A stretch of DNA of 64,000 nucleotides from contig NW_019218685.1 of the NCBI RefSeq assembly GCF_002571385.2, positions 1 to 64,000 of the forward strand, read 5' to 3'. Each line of letters begins with the position of its first letter. The first letter of the stretch is position 1. Of this stretch, positions 50,721-63,412 are shown one piece after another. This DNA is from Stylophora pistillata (lineage: Eukaryota). The notes under the pieces are model-generated. The model did not search any database and had not been told where the DNA came from. It saw nothing but the letters and a program-made list of their open reading frames with translations. The position numbers and the translations under genes were made by a program.

Positions 50721-53700
50721 ATGACCGAGATCATAGACTTAGAAGGTACATCACAAGAGCTGGACTACGACTGCTTGTACAGCAGAGACAGTAATAATAA
50801 TCAAACGGACACAGACTCACCAAACGACTCTGTGTTGGATGTGTAAGTACGGCTTTTTGCGTCTAGACTATTTACTAATCTGACGCCTTGTTACTGGGGA
50901 ACTCTAAGAGGATTAAACGGCAAAAACCCGGTGTCCGCTTTGAAAGCACTTTTTTATTTCGTTCCTGGTGAAGAAACAGTCAAAAATTATTTCAGTGATC
51001 TGTCAGAGAAGCACGTGGCACATGGTGGTTCTGCCAATTTCAGATAAAAATACTCTGCTCCTGTCACGATAGCTATATTCAATACCAGAATAAATCGTCC
51101 TGTCTAAGTTTCAGGTCGGATCACTGAAATTTTGTAAAGTGCTAAGAGACTTAAAAGATTAAGAAAATATGTTAGGTACAAAAACGGAAAGGTATGGTGC
51201 AGATAAGCAGAAGCGTTTGGCGGGTGCGATTAGCTTTAGTGTAAACAGGGCTTATTATGATGCGTAAGCCGTAAAATGGCCACAATTTGAACCGTTAGCG
51301 GCGTTAAAGACATATCGTCCCATTGAGGCCCTCTTGCTGTCACTCAGCCGAAAAATCGTCGGTTTAAGTCACTTATTTACTGATCAGAAAGATTTTATTC
51401 CCTTTTTCTTCTAATTTCATTTTGATTCAACATCCACTAGTGTAGGGTCGTAATGTGTAACTATTTTGTAAGGAACTCTCCGAAGTCCTGGAGGCAACAG
51501 GATTACAAAACAACAGATGTTTCTCGCAGATTGCCCCCGTTTCGTTTAAAGCACTGGGTAGGTGTAGATATCTAAATGAACCGTCTGACTCAGTTTGTGT
51601 CTGGCTTTAACTGAAAATCGCTAAGTACCTTGGAACTATTTTTGTTACATTTACCTTTTATATTTTCGTGGTGTATTTTGTTTACAGCAAACAGCCACGC
51701 CTTATTACGATCAAGTCTTACACTGAAATTTGTATAGAGGCTGGAGAGTAAGTGAATATCTTTCTTATGAATTGCAAGAATGATGCCATTGTTAGGTTCT
51801 TCGTTTGCTTTTGTTTCATTTGTTTGTTTTTTCGTTTGTTTGTTTGTTTTCTCTGTCGCGGCTCTTCAACTGTTATAGCGCACCTCAAGGTCAACATGGC
51901 TTTCAAAAAGAGGGTATATATGTATAGCCTTCTACATCACTGGATCGAGAAGCTGCATTTGCTAGTCCTCTGATACATGTTGAAGTGCTTTGGGAAAATA
52001 TTTCGTTCAATGATTAATTAGAAAGGCGTAATGATAGCTATTTCTGCTAATCACTCTATTTAAGGTAACCGAGTCATATGTGATTGGTAGAAACGGTTCA
52101 GGTCACGGCAATTTTAAGAAGTGTGATAAATGGATCACCCATTAAGGCATTGTTTAATTCAGTGCGAAGATCCTCCCGTCTCTTAAAAGTGCCTATGAAG
52201 TAAAAATTTTTTTTGCATAATTTTGTAGCTTATTATGTCCTTATTAAGGATTGACAAAATAAATTTCAAGAAAAGAAATTTAAATCGGCTTTCTTGTGGC
52301 TCGAAGTCCCTAAATTAGACGTTATCGGTGTCTTCGGAAACTGGGAGCGAGTTTGGCTCTGATGACGTAGTTGGTGGTTCTGGCGCTTTGTTTAAGCTTT
52401 TGTTTGTCGTCTTCAGAACTACCAACTACGTCCTTCCTTTGTAAGATGAGATTTGAACGCGCGCAAAATGGACCCATTTCAGATTGCAAAATCCAAACTT
52501 TGAGGTTCAAAAAATAATACAAGAAAGTTCTTTTGGTCGGTCAAAATCGCTTAGCTGTGTTCACAAGACATAAGCAAACAAACAGGGCAAAAAAATTTGT
52601 ACTTCATAGGCACTTTAAAATAATGCAAAAAAAAAAAAAAAAAGAATACATTCAAAAATTGACAATTATGCAAACCCAGGCTCAGTGAAAATGGTTGAGA
52701 TGATATCAACGCCATTTCGAAATGTATAAACCACTTAAAAAGAACGTTTGTGTTGCTTCCCGTTAGAACCACAGAGGAACCCTCTCCGAGAGTCAAACCA
52801 AAGTTTAAACCAGACACAAAGTTAAAAGATTCCGAAAGAAGCAACAGACTTGGAGAAGTAACGCCAGACCCGAAACGAAAGCTCTCAAAACCCAAGGTGA
52901 AATTTCCCAAAAGCACAGACAAAGTGAACGTTTGGAGCAAACAGGAGAAGGCGAAAGCAAAGAAAAAGGAACGAGCACCATGTTGGTTGGTTGTGTTTGT
53001 GTTCTGTTGTGGTGTTAGCAAAGAGCACCAATGGTACAGCCTGCTAGGAAAAGGTGAGAGTGTTTCACCCTTTAACCTGTAACTATGGCGACTTGCTTTT
53101 AATTGCTCCTCACAGTATCACCCCCGAATCAAATTTAGAGGTCAGGAGGATAAAAAGAAAATGATCCCCAAGTTAGGAAGCTCCTGATTGTCAAACAAAT
53201 TCTCTTCGTCTGAATCAGAGGAAATGTAGAGAGAACGGTACGGGAGAATATAAATACCAACATTACGGTGTTAAAGGTTAATTACTGTTTCTGTGTCAAG
53301 ACGATAAACGAAAGAAATGGCTGAATTGAATTCTACCTCCTCTCAAGGCATTTTCCTTTCTCTCCCTCGTCATGAATGTATTTGCGTTTAATATATATAT
53401 TAATTTGTTCTCCTATAATATTTAATTTGATTTGTTTTTGGCACTTCAGTTTCTGTCTTTACATTGTTACCGTCCACGTTTTACTTTCAGGTGGAAATGT
53501 TGGGGATTTAAAGGTGTTAGCGCCAGAATTTAGGGCAGTAATTTATGACTGCAAAACCTGAAAACGTTTTTCAATGACGTAACAACACTGAATTACAAGT
53601 CCCGAGTTCACGACTTTCTCTGCTCGCAGAGAACTGCTTTCGTTCTCAACTTTTGTTAATTGAGAGCTTGTGAACCCATCCTTTGGTTTTAACACTTCGG

Positions 53701-54018
53701 TTGGTACGAGGACTTGAGAAATACACTTTAAAAATAAACTGTACCGTCAGCCTAGTGCTAGAATAGGTTAATTAGTTCTTTTAGCAGCTTATTTTATTTT
53801 CTTCAGGTGTTTTCTTGTCGTTCTTCATGGCCATAATGTACCTGGTAGCAAGTTTAACTGTTCTTCCATTCCTGATCATCGCTGCAGTACTTGCCACAAT
53901 TTTCTTCAGCGCCGGTATTCTGTCATACCTCGCTCTTTCTTCCAAGAAGGTTGGCGTCTCTATTGACGATGACGGTGACAGGTCATGTCTTGGTACGGTT
54001 TGGGGGTCCTGGGTCTAA
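50721..54018 (+). CDS. Uncharacterised membrane protein (paralogue A), 4 exons, 226 aa; C-terminal hydrophobic hairpin and SWV terminus
   Basis: Exons 50721-50842, 51688-51747, 52767-53053, 53807-54018, intron phases 2/2/1; PCWLVVFVFCCGVSKEHQWYSLLGK|GVFLSFFMAIMYLVASLTVLPFLII...GSWV*. Confidence 0.8.
52183..52618. mobile_element. TTAA-flanked MITE (Kolobok/piggyBac-like) in an intron
   Basis: TIR AGTGCCTATGAAGTA...TACTTCATAGGCACT bounded by TTAA. Confidence 0.75.
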
Positions 54019-56150
54019 TTGTCCATATGCTTCGAGGATATTTCAGACCATGGTTTAGCCTCATTTTGAGAGCGAGGATACTCTCAATTCCGTGGTAATG
54101 ACGCACTAGTGGAGCACTGTCAGAGAAAAGTCGGTTTACGAACAAAGCTCACTCACAACTTGGTAGTTGATTACAGAATCGCTTAACTGCTCTCCATTGT
54201 ATTATGCCGTAATCCGCGTATGCCGCTATCCTTACAAAGTCGATTACAAAACTTACATGCCGTTCTTCCCAAGAAGTCTGGAGATTTTTAGAAACCTTGC
54301 ATCTTCACGTGCGAGTAAGCAATCCAGGAATTTGACTCAGTATCCTTCTAGGATAAACTTGGTTTAAAAAGGTAGCCCGCGGACAAGTGGAGCATTAAGA
54401 GTCGTCACAAAAACGACCAAACAGCGAGGAATGATGATATTGCATTAATGATCAAAGAGGCAGATCTTTGCAGACACTAGTTTCAAAGTATGGCCGAAGA
54501 TCACTAAGTATATGACACGAAATTCGGGAACTTCAAATACAATTTGGATATTAAACAATTAGCAATGATGATAATTTCTGGGGAAGGGGGATGCATCGTG
54601 TAGCCCTCCGACATCCTCCTCTTCTCCGGTCTGCTTCCTTTGTTGAAGGATTTCTTACACTTTTTAGTCCACACAATCTAATTGTAGTTTACGATTGTCA
54701 TTCACCTTATAAGGAACTGTTGAAGAGTTCTAACTGACTCTAATATATAACCCTTCGTCGTCAACAAAATATGATTAAACCTTGAGCAACAAACAGCCCA
54801 GAACTCAAGAAAATAAACACTATATCCCACAGTAGTCAATGCCAGATGGTGACTAACACAGCAGAAACTAGATAATTCGAAATTAATAATATAATTGATC
54901 ACATCTAAAATAATCCAAAACTTGGCAAATTCATCAGAAATAAAGGCGACTGGGTGACGTGCAAATTCATGAGATAAGTTTCACAGGAAGGAATCACTGC
55001 ATTAATGTCCGCACCTTTTGTTTAGCCCTTGCCCATGAAATGCGCCCGTTTTGTATCCTTTAAATTTTAAACAATTTAATAGTTATTAATGTTGATGAAC
55101 CCTTAAACATTACTCTGATATTGATCGAAGGGAAAAAAAATCCTCTCTTAGAAAAATTAATGCCACGATATTCAGTTTTCATCCTAGTCAGGAGGAGTAA
55201 AATAGAATAAAAAAAGAATAGTTTGATTAAAATGAAGATTTTCAATAATTTTGTAGTTCACAGCTTGGAAGAATGTAACAAGATTAGAGCAATTTTCAGT
55301 TAAGTATTGGAAGTAATCCGGAATTGCTTTCTTTTTGCTTTACTTGATATGTGATTGGTCCAGAAATCTCCGCGTTCCACTTTCTCAACCAATCAGATTC
55401 AAAACTACAACCAATCATAACTTTTGGCCGCTCACGTTTTCCCGCGCTAGGAGCGCTTTCCTTGATTTCACTTTGAATCCTTATTGGTTCCTTGTAATAT
55501 CTCCTTCGCTTTGATTGCCTGGTATGATTATTATGGTTTCAGCACAGCTATCTCTACGAAAACATTTTCAGAGGGAAAATTGGAAATCATTCCAAATGAA
55601 GTCATCTGAGATCACTGCGCTTAATCTTGTTAATGTACAATCTTAAACGAATCGGATCCCAGTTAAGGAAAAATTTGCGCACATGAGGCTATCAATGACC
55701 TGGTTGGCACAAATTTTCCTTCAACCGGCCCAAAACGATCAGGAGTATCTATTCTTTGCCTGTGTCATTTCTCTACTTGAGTGTGGTCCCCGATCAAACC
55801 CGCTGAGATTTATTAATTTGACAAATTGGCCGTTATCTTGGCAGTAGTATTAGTCGTTCAGAACTTATAATGCGTCCAAAATAAGTTTTAAAAGGTATAG
55901 ACAAAAAAAAAAACACTGTGAGATAGTCCAGATACAAATAGCTCTCAATTGTACATGAATTACGCTCAACAAGTCCGTAAATGTCGATTAGACCTAACTG
56001 CCACCTCAAATTCTGCGTTTCTTTTCTCGACTTTTTACGAGTAAGACGTAAAGTAAGTGTTAGACTTCTCATACATCAGCCAAAAAGTACGGTCATTATA
56101 ACTGAAGGTTCGTGATGCTTCCAAGTCGAGCGAGGATAAACTGTCCCACT

Positions 56151-58593
56151 TTATGACCTAAAAAGTGGCCTGTCTGTGTCGTCATTATCTTTACAGCAGC
56201 CAAGAGGATAACATATGCACAGGCACACCAGGTAGATGATAAAAAACGGCAGCAGTATGGTACCCACGATCAAATAAAACAACAAAAGAACCATAAACCA
56301 GAAACATCCTAGAGAGGGAAAAAAAATGACTCAACGACCGGATAATTTTAGAAGCTTTATTGCGTGACGCCTGGCAGCGTCGCACAAATACTTCAGTTCC
56401 ATCTTATTTGCTAGGAAATTTGCTTTTGAAAGAACAGTGGAAGACAAGGAAGCCTGAGAATAGAGTTTGGTGAGGGGAGGGGGAGGTTAGGGTTAATGGT
56501 ATAACATTAGTTTCTGCTTATGGAAAGAACTTCATTATATGCGTGAAAATGAGGGGGCATATTTTCAAAACATTCGAGCCCCTTTCATCTGGTTCGATTG
56601 ATCAGGGTGAGAAGCAGGGAGCAAGAAGAACAGAAAAGATACAAACCTTTATTTGCTACGTTTGGGAAGAGCATTAGAATCGATATCGTAAGCTAATTTA
56701 GTATTATTCATATTCTAACGGGTTGGAATTTGTCACATGACCAGAGCCACGAATATCTGCCTCACTCCCAGCCGTCTGGCTGCGTAGCCCAGTTTGTGGT
56801 AACGCCCAATACATAGGGACCTTAGGTAATCAGGAGGACAACGGCGGAAGAAAACGTCGATGAAAAAATTGCGATCGTCAATTAAAGAATTGCGTCAATA
56901 GCTGGATGTGTTTCCTGTCTCTTACGGCGCCACACCTAAACTTCAACATCACGCATGGGAGCGGGGTTAGGTTCCAAATTTGAAGTTAAATATCAATTTT
57001 TCCGTCGGGGTTTCTATTCTCGGACTACGTAAATTTTGACGATTTCACGTTGTTGTTGGCTAAGCTCTTATCTTGCCAATCAGATCTCTTGTTCTGCAAT
57101 ATCACCGTTGCCGTTGCCGTAGTGGTTTGCTTAAGGCTCCTAGTATCTGAAGGGTACAGGCTTAAATCCAGTGGAAGCCTGAAATTTTTTTCTAAGTAAG
57201 CAAAATCCGTCCCGGGATCATCGGAGGTCGGAAGTCTCAAAAAACAAGAGAGAAAAAATCTTATTTTCTCAGGACTGTGAATGCAGATGTAGGGAGTATA
57301 ACAGAAAGTAGCGTTGTTTAACGAGGGTCCTAACCTTTAGAGTATAAGGCCATTAATTATTATGAGTAAAGGCTGATAGTTTCGAAAGAAACTGTTTGGG
57401 GCTGCGTCGGTGGGAGTAATGAAATAACTTGGATATATCAACAAAGTTGAACTGGTAAATTGGCCACCGTAACGATTACAAAAGCTGACGTTTCGAGCGT
57501 TAGCCCTTCGTCGGAGGGCTAATGCTCCGACGAAGGGCTAACACTCGAAACGTCAGCTTTTGTAATCGTTACGGTGGCCAATTTACCACTTTAACTTTGT
57601 TGATATATCCACATTAATTATGATAACTTGTTTTCACCTTTTCCTTTTAAGCTGTACCACTTATAATCGCTGTCACACGCCAAACAACAGTAATCTGTAC
57701 AGCCCCTCTCGTCCTCGTAGCTCACCGCCGGCGTTGGATACCGAGGACCCCCTGCTAACGCTGGGCGTCCACCTGGTAATGGTAATGCTGAACGGTTGCC
57801 GCTGAAAATATAGCAGTGGAAAGGTTAAAGAAAAGATTAGCACAGGTTACGAATGGTTCGTGGCGGCCGACTTTTCAAAGATGCACAGACCTGAAAAAGT
57901 GCCTATGGGGAATTTTCAACTGAATGTTAGTAGTAACTCTGGGTTACTTTAATTAGTTTTTCTTTACTTCTCTCTGTAATTGGTCAGGAAACTTGCACTA
58001 CCTCCTCAATTGATCAGATGTAAATTAAAACCAACCGCTTTTTATCTATTGGCGTTTTATTGCACCTCACTGCCGTTTGATGGTTTTTACTTTAGGTTCT
58101 TACTGCGATAATTTCCTAAGCTGATTACTTTAGTTTTACAAAACTCAATCTGAGTGCGCTCAAAAACGCCCACATGCTACAAGGCAGGCATAGTCGTTTT
58201 GTTCATGAAAACAGCACCCTGTTTACAATCGGTTTTTCTTCTGTCTACACTCGTCCCAGGGCGGGAGAGGGGTCTATCAAACTGAAGAAGTGAAGATTAA
58301 GGAAATGGGTACATTATGTGAATGACCAGGAAGATTTCCTATTGCTACTGGGACTGTACTTAGCGTTGATATCCTGGGAAGAAGGCTCAATCTCTACTCC
58401 TTACAATAACAGCAAACGTTACAAAATAGTAGCTTTTGGTATCATATACCCCACTTGTCCCACAGAATCCACTTGAACAGCCACAATACTAAAAAACAAA
58501 AATAACAAACCACCAGTAAACGTCTTACATAAAAACAAACGTTTTTATTAAAAACTGGATCATTGTATAATGCAATTCAAGACTTTTTATTGC

Positions 58594-58633
<40 letters not shown>

Positions 58634-58708
58634 AAAATATGGTAAGCGTACGCGTCGGGTTAAAATTAAAAGGGAGCTAAAAAATTTAAGATTTGGTAAG
58701 ATTTGTCN

Positions 58709-58739
<31 letters not shown>

Positions 58740-58789
58740 AATTCCACTCGCGCTTGTTGGATATGAGATTATAGCCAACTCGGCGCTAT

Positions 58790-58826
<37 letters not shown>

Positions 58827-58904
58827 ACGCTCGTGGAATAATTGTTAAATATAAAATACACCACGCTTTTATCACTGATAATGTAAATCTTTTGGTGCCG
58901 CCAT
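56151..58904 (-). CDS. Uncharacterised Cys-rich small membrane protein (paralogue B), about 129 aa
   Basis: Exons (minus) 58876-58904 (first exon tentative, acaATGGCGG, weak donor), 58450-58488, 57638-57801, 56151-56308; intron phases 2/2/1 as in paralogue A; GCTDYCCLACDSDYKWYSLKGK|GCFWFMVLLLFYLIVGTILLPFFIIYLVCLCICYPLGCC. Confidence 0.78.
56814..57143. mobile_element. PIF/Harbinger-like MITE (related sequence about 14100-14563)
   Basis: TAGGGACCTTAGGTAATC...GTTTGCTTAAGGCTCCTA ends; the internal GATTTCACGTTGTTG and GCCGTTGCCGT are shared with the 14.4-kb copy. Confidence 0.65.
57430..57611. ncRNA. Inverted pair of Penelope-type minimal hammerhead-ribozyme motifs forming an about 85-bp-arm hairpin (variant core)
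   Basis: Each arm reads CCGACGA-AGGGCTAAC(G/A)CTC-GAAA-CG-TC-AGC; the arms are near-perfect reverse complements around a loop of about 8 nt. Confidence 0.6.
58555..58848. mobile_element. Interspersed repeat with terminal hairpin
   Basis: AATAATTCCACTCGCGCTTGTTGGATATGAGAT...ATCTCATATCCAACGCACGCTCGTGGAATAATT. Confidence 0.6.
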
Positions 58905-59563
58905 TGTTCAGTTTCTGTTTCGAAGGTATCTACTTGTCACAACAAAGACATAACACAGTAAATGAATGTTGTTTAATAAGAACTTTTTTCATGTATCATG
59001 TGTTCATCAGTTCATTCACCATTCTGACAACAATCATGATCAGTTGTATTCATTTCTAATTTGTCCTCAGTTTAACCCTTTAGCCCATACGAGTGATTAG
59101 CATCCAATTTCTCCTTACAGTGTAACCCTGGATCAAACAAAGAGGAGAGGAGAATTGATTTTTTGACATGTTCCACCACAAATTTAAGGAGCAGTATGAA
59201 GAACGCCTTGACTGATGTTAGAATGTAAAGTCTTGATCTTTTGGATAAATGAATTTAAATGGCTTTTCCAGAAAGACTGACCGTAACGGACGAAAAGAGC
59301 CTAAATGCTTTCTTACGCAAGCACCTATGAATTGTCTAAATCCACTGATTAATGCGAGTTATTAATGATGCAATTAGGAAAATGGGGAAATCGAGGCCAT
59401 AAGTGAACAGGAGACACGAAGAAGCCTTTCTGATCTTGTATCATAGTTTTGTAAGAATCGTTTGTTATCATTTTAGTCTGCTTCGAAAGTTAATAATTTT
59501 GGTAGCTCGCATGATTAAGTTTTTAACTGAGTTTCCACTCTTTCAGGCCATGAGTCCTTCATT

Positions 59564-62500
59564 TTAAGGCGAACACGTTGGAGATTTCGTTCTTAAGATC
59601 ACAGGGATTTTAAGAAAACCTCGACGGCGACTGCACAGGTTGCGAAACCGAAAAGACTTAACAAGCTTACCATGTGCGTTTATAAAATTCTGTTTACTTC
59701 CTGTCCTATGCAAAACAACAATGGGAAATCGAATAATTTTTACGCAGTCTGAGAACAGGTACCAGACGGCAAAATATTTACGTTTCTTCTCTTCGAACCC
59801 TACATTGCATGCACATGTTGTGCTGAATTCGAAGGGGAAAGCGAGCGCCGCTGGAGACATTTATCACAGCAACCTACTTGTAAAATTCGTAGGAGAAACC
59901 AAAGATCAATCTAAAGTGATGCTTTCCCATGCGTGACCGACCTAACATCTTTAACTCTTTTGTTGTAATGCTATTTCTCTCTTGAACTACTCCATGAGAA
60001 AACCTAGAGAATGAATTTTCAGAGATGAAATCGTTTCATTATTACTTTTAGTCAAGAGAAATTTAGCCTTTGTATAAAAGAAACAATAACGAACTTAGTG
60101 CTATTTTCGAGGCTTCGACTTAAATACTTCCGCTTTTCCGGGAATTTGGATACAGACACACAAACATGGCTCTTTCCATTTCAATTTACAATCAGTTTCT
60201 ACGACTCGGGCCAGATTGACAAGAAAATGGATCTTTACAGGAGAATTTGGTCAACGAGCTTGCACGAAAACAGCCCAAAGAGAGTTAAATTCAAATGAAG
60301 CTCAATTATTTCCGTGAACTTGAAGTCTGCGAAGCCAGTTGAATATACATCACAGATTTTCAACACTAACCCCTCATCTGTTGCAGCTATCACTGTCTGT
60401 CTTGACACTTCAACTCCTCCAATCCTTGCTCGTTCTTGAACGGCTATCACAGCCTCTCCACCCGGTCTGTTATTCATTTTATGTCCAATTCTCTCTCAAT
60501 ACTGCTTACCTCGAGGTTGAAGGGATGCAGGATGGAATTAAGCTGTACCCAGGCTTTCTCGTACAAGTGCCTGGTCAAAATCTAATGATAGATTAAACTT
60601 TTCGAGGAACAGAAACTAAACTGTTACGTACGAAAGCGGAGAAGGGACTTAAGACCGCAGTCTGCAGTTTGAAAGTCTGAAGTTCATTTTTGACGGTAGA
60701 CATGAAATGTTTTTAAGTAACAAGGAAAACTTTCGCTCATAAAATGAAAAACTGGACTTGCCAAGAACATTATAGGGACACTTGTTATCAAAGCATAATA
60801 CGAAATACGATAAATGACATGTTTAATCAAGTCATTGATGACATAGTAAAGATAGTAATAGCAACAGTTTTGATGATGACAAAAGTTAAGTTTCAAATCT
60901 AAGCGTTGAATTTATTATGCATTGTTTTAGATCAAACGACCATACAGTAAATAGCGTTTATCTCGTTACATGAATTTGAAGCGAGACAAGCCCGCGCAAG
61001 AGGAAGACAGCCGAGCGTGGGCTTACGTGACAGTGTCACCTAGCGTGACTTAGTATGAATAGCACTGACTTATTGAGTCTTTAAAGTGTGATAATCATCC
61101 TGTTACAGAGGTTAATGGATATAATCAAAAGGTAGAAGCTTTACTATCGTACTTTGGATGGAAATTTTGTGCAAAGGAAACTCCGAAATGTCGACGAAAC
61201 AGAGGAAGATCAAGCTCTTGTTTCTTCCTTTTCGGATAGTCACACCTTTGAACTAATTCACAAAGAGTGCACAACGAAAAATCAACGCAAAAATGTCTCC
61301 CAAAAGTCAGCACATTCTTTCATCCTCTCGCACCGATAACAAAGGCATTCCCAAAGGCATGTAACGCACTCCAAACAAAACATACAGCACATCTCACCAC
61401 TGCAGTCACTGGATGGGGAAGCGACACTGACAGCAGGGCTGGGATATGATGATGCAGAGACCGTTGTACTGAAAACAAAAATAAATAAAAAATTATTAAA
61501 TGTGCTGTCATTTTAAAGTGCTATGTCGGGCATGCCGGCCCGCGGTATCTGTCACATATGCGCACGCATGCCATGTGTGTACCTTGTAGATTTGAGAAGC
61601 GCCATGTTGAAAATATAGACGTTGAGTTTGTATTGAGTTGTAGTTTTTCGTCTGACCTAAATCCGCGAAACACAACAGAAGGCTATGCATATAAGTAGTG
61701 GTAGCTTACGGGGATTCAAACTGGGTGTTGTGAAAGTTCTCAACAATTCCTGCTGGCCGCTTTTAGGTGTACAGAAGTCATTGAAGGTCAGCTTCTTCTT
61801 TACTTCCATCTTTACAACGTTGCTAATGACCGAGGGTGTTACGCAGGGCGATAATCCTTGGAGTGGAATAAATTGTTGGTAGAGAACGAGGACAACTGTG
61901 CCAATTGCTTGTCCATCTCGATGGCATCATGATCTAATTAACCATGACACAGAAATCGGCATTTTTACCTCGTCGGTTCCACAGTCATAACTTGAACATC
62001 GCCAACATTAAAAGCACAACAACATCAAGTTCGTTAGGACTGATTTATACAATTCTACACAACAACACTTTGAAGATCATCAACAGTCATTCATATGATT
62101 ATGCTCCAAGGCTTAAATGTCTCCAGTGGAAACCCAGTAGCTGGCTGAGGCATGATTGAGAAATTTATCACAACTTCTTCGATCAATGCAAGCCAGTGCT
62201 TGCGTGGATTCGGTTTTAAATGGTCAAGATCAGTCTTCAAACCCCAGTTGTGGAGGAAACGTGAGTGACATCAGTTGGTGGAATGTCATTTGAAAGCCAC
62301 ACCCTCTACGTGCACTTCTCCAAATTTTGATTAAGAACTCATTGAAATGGACAGACGTGAAGTTAATCAGTTTCCGGGTGGATACTCCGGAAGTTACTAT
62401 AATCGCTGAACACATAATCTTTGGCAGATCTGTTATTATAGTTAATTTCAATCGACTATATATTGATGGCCACAAACTGATGAGTATCGCGGAAACTGAC

Positions 62501-63412
62501 GGCAAAATGTATCAACTTTCTTGAAACAGAGGAGAAGGAGCTAGAAAAACAGATGTAACATTATTTTTTCTAAATGACACTATGGGTCATAGACACTGAC
62601 CATTCAGCTGTTTTTAGTGGCAATGAATTGAAAGCCGTTTCCGCGTTGTGTTCTGCACCAACAGCCAAAACGCCTGTGGTATCTTTTCCATCGTCCATTT
62701 CAACCATAAAACTTGTTCCTAAATAGCCGAAATCCAGTGGAAATTTCAAGATATTTCCGATTCACATCAAGGGTTCCTGCAACTTTGTATTCCATGAAAG
62801 TCTCTTGTCCCGCTTTTAATGCGTGACCTTGCTAAGATAAAGCGTATAAAGGCTCAGTCAGGCGAAATGCAAAGATTAGACTGCAAGAGGTTCGCAATTG
62901 GTTAGGCAAGTATAACGAAAGAAACTTCACACGCTATAAAAACTGCGGTATAATTTGCTCAAAGGGAAGCCACAAGGGCAAAAATCGAGCAAACAGTTTC
63001 TACTCTGTTCATGTTTGCATACTTTCTACTCTAATTGCGACTTTTTAAAAATCATGCACAAGCGTCGTACTTAATTCCAAATGAAAATCTTGCTCAACGT
63101 GAGGATAAAACATTAATATCATGACCCGCTTCTCCTTGGAAATATGATGGTCTCTCCCTTGCATTTAATACTCCAATGCAATACCTGTAAGGCAAAAACA
63201 CCGAAAATATTTGAACGGAACGTGAGGAGGTCATCTGAGTGTTGGAATCGTCTGAATGAAACATCAGCTGATAAGCACACTTATCCGAGCGTAAACAAAG
63301 GCTCACGGGAACGCTATCGATCCGTCGTGGGAGTTGGTGACTGAACAGGCAGGCAGCCAAACCACATAACAGTGTCAACAAATTTTTAATCGTTTGAAAG
63401 ACTAATCTCCAT
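59564..63412 (-). pseudogene. Decayed multi-exon gene for a probably secreted protein with a Ser/Thr/Pro-rich C-terminus
   Basis: Exon-like blocks with AG/GT ends at about 63127-63185, 62581-62831, 61969-62540, 61710-61933, 61398-61468, 60510-60570 and 59564-59592; signal-like LLTLLCGLAACLFS; multiple stops and frameshifts; TTVSASSYPSPAVSVASPSSDCSG-TCTRKPGYSLIPSCIPSTS. Confidence 0.45.

Noticed and set aside
52551-53021. 156-aa minus-strand ORF
   Set aside because: Antisense shadow of the Lys-rich exon 3 of paralogue A.
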